From: Acidobacteriota bacterium
Lineage (GTDB): Bacteria; Acidobacteriota; Vicinamibacteria; Vicinamibacterales; SCN-69-37
NCBI GenBank assembly: GCA_003242705.2
Contig: QGVF02000005.1
Span: 101,725-165,724 of the forward strand
Direction of reading: 5' to 3'
DNA length: 64,000 bases
In this document: positions 43,327 to 50,886 of the stretch, piece by piece
Numbering within the stretch: position 1 is the first letter of the stretch
Layout of the letters: each line of letters starts with the position of its first letter
The notes under the pieces: generated by a model
What the model was told of the DNA's origin: nothing
Seen by the model: only the letters and a program-made list of their open reading frames with translations
The model's database searches: none
Program-made: the position numbers and the translations under genes

Positions 43327-43890
43327 ATGAGCGATGCTGTCCGCCCTCTCGCCGGCCGTCGGATTGCGCTGCTGATTGAAGAAGGATTCTCGGCCCGTCA
43401 GGTCATCGAGCCCAGGCGCCAGCTCGGCGACGCCGGAGCCTCGGTCGTCCTCGTCGGCTTCAATACGAAGACGGAATATCGGGACAAGACCGGCACGTTG
43501 ACGCTCACGGCAGACGAACCCGCCAGTCGCGTCCGCGTGGCCGAGCTCGACGCGCTCGTGATTCCGGGGGGCTACGCGCCCGACCGGATGCGCCTGCGCC
43601 ACGCCATGGTCGACCTGGCCACCGGGATGATGACGAGCGGCAGAACGGTCGCCGCCATCTGCCACGGCCCACAGCTGCTCATCACGGCGAACGTGCTCCG
43701 GGGCCGGACGCTCACCTGCTGGCCGTCGATTGCCGTCGACGTGAAGAACGCCGGCGGCCTCTACGTGGATCGCCCCGTCGTCCGCGACAGCAACCTCATC
43801 ACGGCGCGCAAGAGCCAGGACCTGCCGCTCTTTCTTGACGCTCTCGTCACGGCGCTGTCCGCACCGCCGGTTCCGGCGCGACGGCCTTGA
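43327..43890 (+). CDS. DJ-1/PfpI family protein
   Basis: It has IPGGYAPD and the nucleophile elbow AAICHGPQLL. A perfect TATAAT ends 8 nt upstream of the ATG. Confidence 0.85.
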   Translation: MSDAVRPLAGRRIALLIEEGFSARQVIEPRRQLGDAGASVVLVGFNTKTEYRDKTGTLTLTADEPASRVRVAELDALVIPGGYAPDRMRLRHAMVDLATGMMTSGRTVAAICHGPQLLITANVLRGRTLTCWPSIAVDVKNAGGLYVDRPVVRDSNLITARKSQDLPLFLDALVTALSAPPVPARRP

Positions 43891-44818
43891 GCCGCTCCTG
43901 CCGGGCGTCGAGCCGCAGCCGCGCCCACGCCGCCGTCACCTCGACGCCGTAGAGCAGGATGACGGCCGACACGTAAATCCACACCAGGAACATCACGACG
44001 GCCGCCATCGAGCCGTGCACCGTGAAGCGCGACAGGTCTCTCACGTACCACGCGAAGCCCGCAAACGCGATCCGCCAGAGCACGCCGGCCAGAATGGCGC
44101 CGAACCACACGTCGCGCAGCCGCACGCGTGTGTTCGGTACGAAGTAGTAGATCAGCCCGACCACGACGATGAAGGCCGGCGTGATGACGTTGGCGGCGAT
44201 AAAGCGCAGCAGTTCGGCGACGTCGGGGAGCAGGGCCCGGATTTCGACGAACCACCGCGCTTCGAGCACCTGCGCGAATCCCGACAGCGCGATGGCCGCC
44301 ACGGCCAGCAGCGCCGCGGCCAGCATCATCAGGAACGCGACGAGCTTGTGCTTCCAGAAGCCGTAGCTGCGCTCGACACCCCACGCGTGGTTGACCGCCG
44401 AGGTGATGGCGCCGAACACTCCCATCGACGCCCAGATCGTCAGTGCCGTGCCGGCCAGGCCCAGGTTGAGCGGCGTCCGGGCCAGTTCCCGCAGCTGCGC
44501 CGCGAGAAAGTCGAACCGGCTCGGCAGCGCACCGCCCAGCAGTTCGAGCAGCGTGCGGTCTCCGTTCCCCTCGCCCACCGAGACACGCGCCAGCACCGAC
44601 AGCACGAGCAGCATGAACGGGAAGATGGACAGCAGCGTGTAGTAGGCGATCGAGGCGGCGAACGTGAGGTTGTTGCTCCTGTAGAACTCGATGAAGCCGA
44701 GCCGCACCGCACGCCAGCAGAGCCGGCAGCCGCGGCCGCAGGCGTCCAGCACGTGCCCGAAGGCGCTCGCCGGCACCGCTGCGTCGGCGTCGCGTCGTTG
44801 CTTCATGCCGGTCCGCAT
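43847..44818 (-). CDS. YihY/BrkB family membrane protein
   Basis: It has FAASIAYYTLLSIFP and six hydrophobic segments. The exact start is uncertain (ATG 44818 or 44806). Confidence 0.8.
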   Translation of the reverse strand: MRTGMKQRRDADAAVPASAFGHVLDACGRGCRLCWRAVRLGFIEFYRSNNLTFAASIAYYTLLSIFPFMLLVLSVLARVSVGEGNGDRTLLELLGGALPSRFDFLAAQLRELARTPLNLGLAGTALTIWASMGVFGAITSAVNHAWGVERSYGFWKHKLVAFLMMLAAALLAVAAIALSGFAQVLEARWFVEIRALLPDVAELLRFIAANVITPAFIVVVGLIYYFVPNTRVRLRDVWFGAILAGVLWRIAFAGFAWYVRDLSRFTVHGSMAAVVMFLVWIYVSAVILLYGVEVTAAWARLRLDARQERLKAVAPEPAVRTAP

Positions 44819-44848
44819 TCTACCCGCCTGCCGCCTATAATCCCCCCG

Positions 44849-45028
44849 ATGTCAGATCCGCGCGAACCGAGCGGCACCCGCCCCGTCCCCATCCGCGAGA
44901 ACATCCCGGCACCCCGCACGGGGGGAGGCGCCGTGGTCTGCGAGCGGTGCGGCACCGAGATGTTCCGGATGCACGCCGTCTGGCGCTGTCCGTCCTGCGG
45001 CTTCAAGACGGACTGCTGCGGGTGGTGA
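44849..45028 (+). CDS. Zinc-ribbon mini-protein (59 aa)
   Basis: The sequence is MSDPREPSGTRPVPIRENIPAPRTGGGAVVCERCGTEMFRMHAVWRCPSCGFKTDCCGW, with CxxC-x13-CxxC plus a terminal CC. A perfect TATAAT (44836-44841) ends 7 nt upstream of the ATG. The stop overlaps the next gene's GTG start. Confidence 0.5.
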   Translation: MSDPREPSGTRPVPIRENIPAPRTGGGAVVCERCGTEMFRMHAVWRCPSCGFKTDCCGW

Positions 45029-45828
45029 ACAGCTCCGCGCACGAGTCGCTCGACGTCGACGCCATCGATCGCTGGATCGACGCACTGCTCGAACGACACG
45101 CCGCCGCGCTCACGCGTCCGGAGCTGCTTCGCGCGATTCGTGCACTGTCAGTGCGATATGTCGAGGACCGGGCGCGGCTTCCCGAACGGTCCGCCCTCGA
45201 CACCGCCGGCAAGCGCGCGGCCTTCGCCTGCTACTACACACCGCTCCACGTCCTCACCGTCCGGGGCATCCTGGCAGGTTTGAAGGCCGCCGGCGTCCGT
45301 GAGGTCTTCGACCTCGGGTGCGGTACCGGCGCGGCGTCGATCGCGTGGAGCCTGGCCGCTGCGTCGACGACGCGCCCGCGCCGCACCGGCGTCGACGTTC
45401 ATCCGTGGGCCCTCGAGGAGCTGCGCTGGAACTGTCGCTGGTTCGATCTTCGCTGCACGACGAGGCGTGGCTCGCTCGTGGCGTTCGTTTCCGCCGCGCT
45501 CCGCTCCCGGCTGGACCTTCCGCGCACCGTCTGGACCGCCGCCTGGAGCATCAACGAGCTGTTGGCTGCCGACCGCGACCGTCTTCTGCCGGCGCTCCTC
45601 GACCTTCACACCCGCGGCGCCGGCCTGCTCGTCATCGAGCCGCTTTCCCGCCGCGCCATCCCGTGGTGGGACGCCTGGCGCGAGGCGCTCGAACCTCATG
45701 GGGTCCGGGCCGACGAATGGAAGCTGCCGTTCCGCCCTCCGGAACCACTCGCCGAGCTCGACGACGCCGCGGGATTCCGGCGCGATCACCTCGGCGCCCG
45801 AAGCCTCTGGCTGCCACCCGCCGGGTGA
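45022..45828 (+). CDS. Class I SAM-dependent methyltransferase (possibly Rsm22-like)
   Basis: The GTG at 45022 or 45025 overlaps the mini-protein stop (GTGGTGA). SAM motif I reads VFDLGCGTGAASIAW. The N-terminal helical region resembles Rsm22-type proteins, judged from memory only. Confidence 0.65.
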   Translation: MVNSSAHESLDVDAIDRWIDALLERHAAALTRPELLRAIRALSVRYVEDRARLPERSALDTAGKRAAFACYYTPLHVLTVRGILAGLKAAGVREVFDLGCGTGAASIAWSLAAASTTRPRRTGVDVHPWALEELRWNCRWFDLRCTTRRGSLVAFVSAALRSRLDLPRTVWTAAWSINELLAADRDRLLPALLDLHTRGAGLLVIEPLSRRAIPWWDAWREALEPHGVRADEWKLPFRPPEPLAELDDAAGFRRDHLGARSLWLPPAG

Positions 45829-45985
45829 TCACGCGCGGGTGAGGCCTCGACTTCCCATATGGACCATTCCGCTGCTCACTGCGCCGCCGGCGACGACGCC
45901 GGCGGCAGGGTATCCGTTTTGCACTGACTCAGGGCCTGGACCGACGCCGCGCCGGTGCGGGCGGTCCATCCTTCGAGGAGACCCT

Positions 45986-46363
45986 ATGCGTGCCCATGTC
46001 CGATTTGCCGGTATCTTCCTGCTGGCCACCCTGTTCGCCCTGCCGGCGACCGCCCAGCACATCGCCGACCCCGTCACGCTGCACGACGTGATGACCGAAA
46101 GCGAACGCGCCGATGCGGCCAACCGCGATGCGGTCCTCCAGGCCCTCGAGCGCGACGACGTGCGGCAGCTGGCGGCCCGGTTCGGGCTCGACGTGAAGGA
46201 AGCACGATCGGCCGTCATGGCGCTCGACGGCGCCGAGCTCGCTGAGCTCGCGGCTCCGGCACACGCTCTTGCCGACGCACAGGCCGGCGGCCAGACGACC
46301 ATCGTCATCTCGCTGACGACGCTGCTGCTCGTGCTGATCCTCATCGCGATCCTCGCCAGTTGA
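45986..46363 (+). CDS. Secreted, C-terminally tail-anchored mini-protein with a pre-anchor Gly-Gly motif (PA2779-like)
   Basis: GAGGAG ribosome-binding site, then the signal MRAHVRFAGIFLLATLFALPATAQ. The helical segment reads RDAVLQALERDDVRQLAARFGLDVKEARSAVMALDGAELAEL. It then runs ADAQAGG-QTT into the hydrophobic tail IVISLTTLLLVLILIAILAS. This layout matches my recollection of the PA2779 family. Confidence 0.6.
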   Translation: MRAHVRFAGIFLLATLFALPATAQHIADPVTLHDVMTESERADAANRDAVLQALERDDVRQLAARFGLDVKEARSAVMALDGAELAELAAPAHALADAQAGGQTTIVISLTTLLLVLILIAILAS

Positions 46364-46431
46364 GCCGCGAACCGATTTCACCGGAGCGTGCCGACGGGCG
46401 TTGGCGCCGCCCCCTGCTAGAGTGGCGTGCC

Positions 46432-48606
46432 ATGTTGAATCGAGCGTCCCTCCCGGCACGCTTCAGATCGGTGACGGCCGGCCTCCTGCTGTCGGTCCTC
46501 ACCCTCGCGCCCGCGTCGGCCGCACAGCCGGCCGCCGCGGGCGTCCTGCTCGACATCACCTACTACGCGCAGGCGCCGCTGCACTGCGGCGCAGCGGCGC
46601 TGGCCATGGTCCTCCGATACTGGGGCCACCCGTCGGCCGTGCCGGCCGACTTTTCGCCGCTCGTCGACCCGGCGGCCGGCGGCATCACGACGACGGCCCT
46701 TGCGGCCGCCGTCGAGGACCGCGGCTGGCGCGCCGTTGCCGGCCAGGCGCCGGCAGCCGGCGCGATCGAGACGCTCGAACACCACGTGGCGCGCGGACGC
46801 CCGGTGATCGCCCTCGTCGACGGCGGCACAGATGCCCTGCATTACGTCGTCGTTGTCGGCTTCGCCGATGATCAGGTGATCGTGCACGACCCGGCGCGCG
46901 CGCCTTACACGCGGATGACCGCCGACGAGTTCGATCGCCGCTGGCAGCACTCGTCCCGCTGGATGCTCGTCGTCCTGCCGCCCGCCGGGGCCGGGACGCC
47001 CGCGGCAGGCGCCACCGTGCTCACCAGCGGCGTCGCCATGACGCCGCTGGTGGCTGAATCTGCCGCGCCACCCTCAGCCGGTGCGGCATCCGTCGATGTG
47101 ACGTCTGCAGCCTCTGCCTCGGCGGCGCCCGACGCGGCCGCCGCCGAGACGGTCTGCAACGGCCTGGTCGCCGACGCGGTCGCCGCGGCGTCGACCGATC
47201 AGGCGCGCAGCGAGCGTCTGCTACGCGACGCGATCGCGCGCTGCCCGGAAGCACCGGCAGCCTATCGCGAACTGGCTGGTCTCCGGCTCGTGCAGCGCCG
47301 CCTCGACGAGAGCGCAGCGCTCGCCGCCGAAGCCGTGGCCCGCGACGCGCGCGACGGACACGCCATCGACCTGCTCGCGGCGAGCCGGTTCGCCAGCGGC
47401 GACCGGCTCGGCGCGCTGCAGGCCTGGAATCTCAAGGGAGAGCCGCTCGTCGACCGTATCGGGATCGAAGGCCTGCGGCGTACGCCGCATCCCGTCGTTA
47501 CCGGCATGATGCGCCTCGAGCCGGGTGCGGAACTGACAGCCGGCGGCTTCACCCGGGCGAGCCGGCGGCTCGACGAGCTCCCGAGCTCGACCCGGTCGAC
47601 GCTCCGTTACCAGCCTCTCGGCAACGGACGCGTGGCGCTCGAGGCGGTCCTGAACGAGCGCCGCATGCTGCCGTTCGGCCCGATTGGACTTGCGAGCATC
47701 GCTACCCGGGCGCTCATCACGCGCGAGCTGAAGGCCGACGTCACGGCGCCGTTCTCGCTTGGTGATTCCTGGACGCCGGCGTTCCGCTGGCCGTATCCGC
47801 GCCGCCGGCTCGCGCTCGACGTCGCCGTGCCGCTCGGCCAGCGGTTGCCTGGCGTCATCCACATCGAAATGCTGCGCGAGCGGCAGACCTACACGCGCGC
47901 GCTCGAAGGTCTCGATCGCACTGAGGCCATGCGCCGGCGCTTTTCCGCCACCTGGGCGGACTGGCTCGCCGGCCCGCTCCGGGTCGAGCTGGGCGGCAGC
48001 TCCGATCGGCACGATGGGCAGCGACACTTCAGCGTCATCGCGGCGACGACACTCCGCCTGGCGGCCGATCACGTGGCTGTCCACACCCGACTCGAAGGCT
48101 GGACCGGCGCAGGCACCCGTGACGGCTTCCACACGGCCGACCTGGCCGTCGACTGGCGCTCGACACGCCAGGCCGATACGGTCCTGTGGACGGGGCGCGT
48201 GGGTCTGTCGTCGGCATCGGCCGGTGCGCCACTCGCGCTCTGGCCGGGCGCCGGCTCGCAGCTCGACCGCACGTCGCTGCTGCGCGGACGCCGACTCGTC
48301 ATCGACGACGTGACGGCGGGCGAGGTCTTCGGCCGCCGGCTCGCCTATCTGACCGTCGAGCGGCACCAGCCACTCGTCAGGACCGAGTACGGCAGCCTCG
48401 CCCTGGCCACCTTTGCCGACATCGCACAGGCGCACTACCGCCTCGACCACACCAATCCGTCGCGCCTGCACGTCGACGTTGGTGCCGGACTTCGGGCACA
48501 GCAGCCGGGCAGTGCCGATCAGCTGCGCGTCGATATCGCGGTGGGCCTACGCGACGGTCGCGTGCGGGCGTCGGCCGGTTACGTGGCCCGATGGGGCCGC
48601 CGCTGA
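46432..48606 (+). CDS. Secreted multidomain protein: C39-like cysteine peptidase, Ala-rich linker, TPR-like region, POTRA-like domain and a predicted Omp85-type beta-barrel
   Basis: The ATG at 46432 gives a signal peptide (LLLSVLTLAPASAAQ). Peptidase signatures are YYAQAPLHCGAAALAMVLRYWG (Gln/Cys), LHYVVVVGF (His) and VIVHDPA (Asp). The POTRA-like segment reads IGIEGLRRTPHPVVTGMMRLEPGAELTAGGFTRASRRLDELPSSTRSTLRYQPLGNGRVALEAVLNER. The last roughly 330 aa show alternating beta-strand patterns, an LLRG motif and a VDVGAGLR...RVDIAVGLRDGRVRASAGYV ending. Confidence 0.7.
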   Translation: MLNRASLPARFRSVTAGLLLSVLTLAPASAAQPAAAGVLLDITYYAQAPLHCGAAALAMVLRYWGHPSAVPADFSPLVDPAAGGITTTALAAAVEDRGWRAVAGQAPAAGAIETLEHHVARGRPVIALVDGGTDALHYVVVVGFADDQVIVHDPARAPYTRMTADEFDRRWQHSSRWMLVVLPPAGAGTPAAGATVLTSGVAMTPLVAESAAPPSAGAASVDVTSAASASAAPDAAAAETVCNGLVADAVAAASTDQARSERLLRDAIARCPEAPAAYRELAGLRLVQRRLDESAALAAEAVARDARDGHAIDLLAASRFASGDRLGALQAWNLKGEPLVDRIGIEGLRRTPHPVVTGMMRLEPGAELTAGGFTRASRRLDELPSSTRSTLRYQPLGNGRVALEAVLNERRMLPFGPIGLASIATRALITRELKADVTAPFSLGDSWTPAFRWPYPRRRLALDVAVPLGQRLPGVIHIEMLRERQTYTRALEGLDRTEAMRRRFSATWADWLAGPLRVELGGSSDRHDGQRHFSVIAATTLRLAADHVAVHTRLEGWTGAGTRDGFHTADLAVDWRSTRQADTVLWTGRVGLSSASAGAPLALWPGAGSQLDRTSLLRGRRLVIDDVTAGEVFGRRLAYLTVERHQPLVRTEYGSLALATFADIAQAHYRLDHTNPSRLHVDVGAGLRAQQPGSADQLRVDIAVGLRDGRVRASAGYVARWGRR

Positions 48607-49812
48607 CGACGCATCCGGCTCGCGCGGGTGGTCGCTGAAACGGGACGGATCGAACAGATCGGCCCAGGCACTCCTGCCGCCACGGACGGCTTCCACCGCC
48701 ATCATCGCGGCAAGCGTGCCGTATGACATGCCATTGCCGCCGAAGCCGGCAGCCAGGTAAATGCCCGGTGCGACTTCGCCGATACACGGTCGCCCGTCGA
48801 CCGACTCGACGACCGTTCCCGACCAGCGATGCTCGATGCGGACACCCGGCAGCCGCTGTCGCAGACGCCGCTCCAGCCGACTGTAGCGATCGCCGGCCGC
48901 TGCACTGTCACCCGGATGATCCAGCCCGCCGAACACGACGACATCGTCCTGCCCGTCTTCACGGTCGATGCGCAGGTATTCGTACGACCGGTGCCGATGT
49001 TCCCAGTAGAGGCCTTCGTCGAGCGGCCCCTGTGGGGCCGTGCCGGCGACAACATAGGTGGTTGACGTCGACAGCGACGACCGCAGGTGCGGCGCGAGAT
49101 CGAGAACGTCCGGCAGCGGGACGTGCGTCGCGCAGAAGATGAACGGCGCCCTGACCTGATGGCGCCCCACGTACACGACGCGCCGATCGGCGTCGAGGCG
49201 ATCGACTTCCGTGTGCTCCGCCACGAGGCTGCCGTTGCCGTCGATGCTCTCGAGCAGGACCGTGAGGTACCGGAGCGGATGCAGGCGCGCCTGTCCGTCG
49301 AAGAGAACGCCAGGCACGCCGAGGCCGGGTACCGCGTCTACGTACGCGGCCTCGATGCCCAGCGCGTGCGCGGCCACGGCTTCTTCGGTGAGCGAGGCCC
49401 GCTGCCGCACCTCGTCCGACGACGAGGCGTGCAGGCAGCCGCGAACCCAGGCGAACTGGCAGTTGATGCGCGCGTCGCGGATCTCGGCACGGACGCGTGC
49501 CACCGCGGCAAAGCCTGCTTCCCACAGCGTCCGGGCGGACGCCGTGCCCAGTTCGTCGACGAGCGTGGCAAGCGGCTGATCGGCGATCGCCGTCAGGTGC
49601 GCGGTGCTCCGGCCCGTCTGGCCGCTCCCGCAGCGGCGTCGCTCGAGCAGCGCCACCCGCAGCCCGGCCTGCTTGAGCAGGTAGGCCGTCGTGATGCCCG
49701 CGATACCTCCCCCGACTATCACCGCGTCGACCTCGAGGGATCGATCGAGCGCAGGAAAGGACGGCAGCTGTGCCGTCGACTCCCAGCAGGACTGCCCTTC
49801 GTTCTCGAACAT
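48547..49812 (-). CDS. FAD-dependent oxidoreductase (DAO family)
   Basis: It has the dinucleotide-binding motif DAVIVGGGIAGITTAYLLKQAGLRVALLE and GFGGNGMSYG near the C-terminus. I chose the start at ATG 49812 (MFENEG). Its 3' end overlaps the convergent gene by 60 nt. Confidence 0.85.
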   Translation of the reverse strand: MFENEGQSCWESTAQLPSFPALDRSLEVDAVIVGGGIAGITTAYLLKQAGLRVALLERRRCGSGQTGRSTAHLTAIADQPLATLVDELGTASARTLWEAGFAAVARVRAEIRDARINCQFAWVRGCLHASSSDEVRQRASLTEEAVAAHALGIEAAYVDAVPGLGVPGVLFDGQARLHPLRYLTVLLESIDGNGSLVAEHTEVDRLDADRRVVYVGRHQVRAPFIFCATHVPLPDVLDLAPHLRSSLSTSTTYVVAGTAPQGPLDEGLYWEHRHRSYEYLRIDREDGQDDVVVFGGLDHPGDSAAAGDRYSRLERRLRQRLPGVRIEHRWSGTVVESVDGRPCIGEVAPGIYLAAGFGGNGMSYGTLAAMMAVEAVRGGRSAWADLFDPSRFSDHPREPDASSAAAPSGHVTGRRPHATVA

Positions 49813-50081
49813 CTGACTCCGCCTGGCTCTCACTGCGTCCCGTCAGCGTGCAGCGGGGTGGTGCAAGGCGGAGGCCAGCCGGCGACGTCTTTCCTGTCGG
49901 TTTGCTCCGCACATTTCTGCACAGAGCTTTACGGACTGACTCACGGAAGCGGCGCTGCGATTTCAGTTGTGCATGTGGGGACTTTCGGGCCTGACAGGGA
50001 CGTGCCGTCCGGTTACCCACGCGGACGCACTTCGGCGGCATACTCTTGTGTGCACCTTCGCGCCGGCAGCAGCGGTGCTGC

Positions 50082-50097
50082 TGGCACAGGGGTTGCT
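50082..50097 (+). promoter_or_regulatory. Sigma-54 (-24/-12) promoter
   Basis: TGGCAC (50082-50087), 5 nt, then TTGCT (50093-50097) is an exact match to TGGCAC-N5-TTGCW. It lies 46 nt upstream of the ATG at 50143, at the end of a 330-nt intergenic region. Confidence 0.65.
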
Positions 50098-50142
50098 CAA
50101 TTTTCCCGTGGGCCTATGCCCGGAAAGCGAGGAGCTCTCATC

Positions 50143-50703
50143 ATGCGTAAATCGTTCGTGGCCGTCGCCCTGCTCGCCGGCCTGCTGGCCGCGCCCGCAG
50201 CGGCGCGCGCACAAACCTTCGTCACGCCGTTTGCCGGCGTCACCTTCGGCAACGATGCCCCGTCGGAACAGCCAACCTTCGGTGCGTCGCTGCTCTTCAT
50301 GGGGAACGTTGCCGGGTTCGAGATTGATTTCGGGTACACCCCGGACTTCTTCGGCGACACCGATCCGTTCGACTTCGCCAGCGGCAGCAACGTCACGTCG
50401 CTGTCGGGCAACCTGGTCCTTGGCGTCGGCGCCGGGCCCGTCCGCCCGTACGTCACCGGCGGCGTCGGCCTGCTGCGTTCGCGTATCACGTCGGCCAGCG
50501 ACTTCTTCGACGAGGTTTCCGAGAACGATTTCGGCTTCAACGCCGGGGGTGGCCTGATCGTGATGTTCAGCGACCACGTCGGCCTGCGCGGCGACGTGCG
50601 CTACTTCCGCAGCTTCGAGGACATCGACCTGGGCGACGCCCAGATCGACCTGGCCGATTTCAGCTTCTGGCGGGCGTACGGCGGCGTGGCGTTCGCCTTC
50701 TGA
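50143..50703 (+). CDS. Small outer-membrane beta-barrel protein (OmpA-like/OmpW-like barrel-only type)
   Basis: GGAG ribosome-binding site, then the signal MRKSFVAVALLAGLLAAPAAARAQ. It has alternating strands and the C-terminus FWRAYGGVAFAF with a terminal Phe. Confidence 0.75.
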   Translation: MRKSFVAVALLAGLLAAPAAARAQTFVTPFAGVTFGNDAPSEQPTFGASLLFMGNVAGFEIDFGYTPDFFGDTDPFDFASGSNVTSLSGNLVLGVGAGPVRPYVTGGVGLLRSRITSASDFFDEVSENDFGFNAGGGLIVMFSDHVGLRGDVRYFRSFEDIDLGDAQIDLADFSFWRAYGGVAFAF

Positions 50704-50725
50704 TCCGCTCGCGTCCTTTCGACAC

Positions 50726-50764
50726 CAGCAACGGCCGCTCACCTTCGCGTGGCGGCCGTTGCTG
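50726..50764. terminator. Stem-loop between convergent genes (possible bidirectional terminator)
   Basis: CAGCAACGGCCGC, a 13-nt loop and GCGGCCGTTGCTG form a perfect 13-bp stem. The flanking T-tracts are weak. Confidence 0.45.
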
Positions 50765-50886
50765 TCTGTACCGCCGTCGGCAGTCGAATCGTGAACCGCG
50801 TCAGGTCGCCGACGCGCTCGAGCGCGACCCGCTCGATGCGCTCCGTCCAGCAGAGCTGGTCGATGCCCTCAGTTCGATCAGCACTC

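Noticed and set aside
43835-44848. The upstream 338 codons of the 397-aa plus-strand ORF 43835-45028
   Set aside because: This part is antisense to the YihY/BrkB gene and is His/Arg/Asp-rich. Only the last 59 codons, which have their own TATAAT and ATG, look like a gene (the zinc-ribbon mini-protein).
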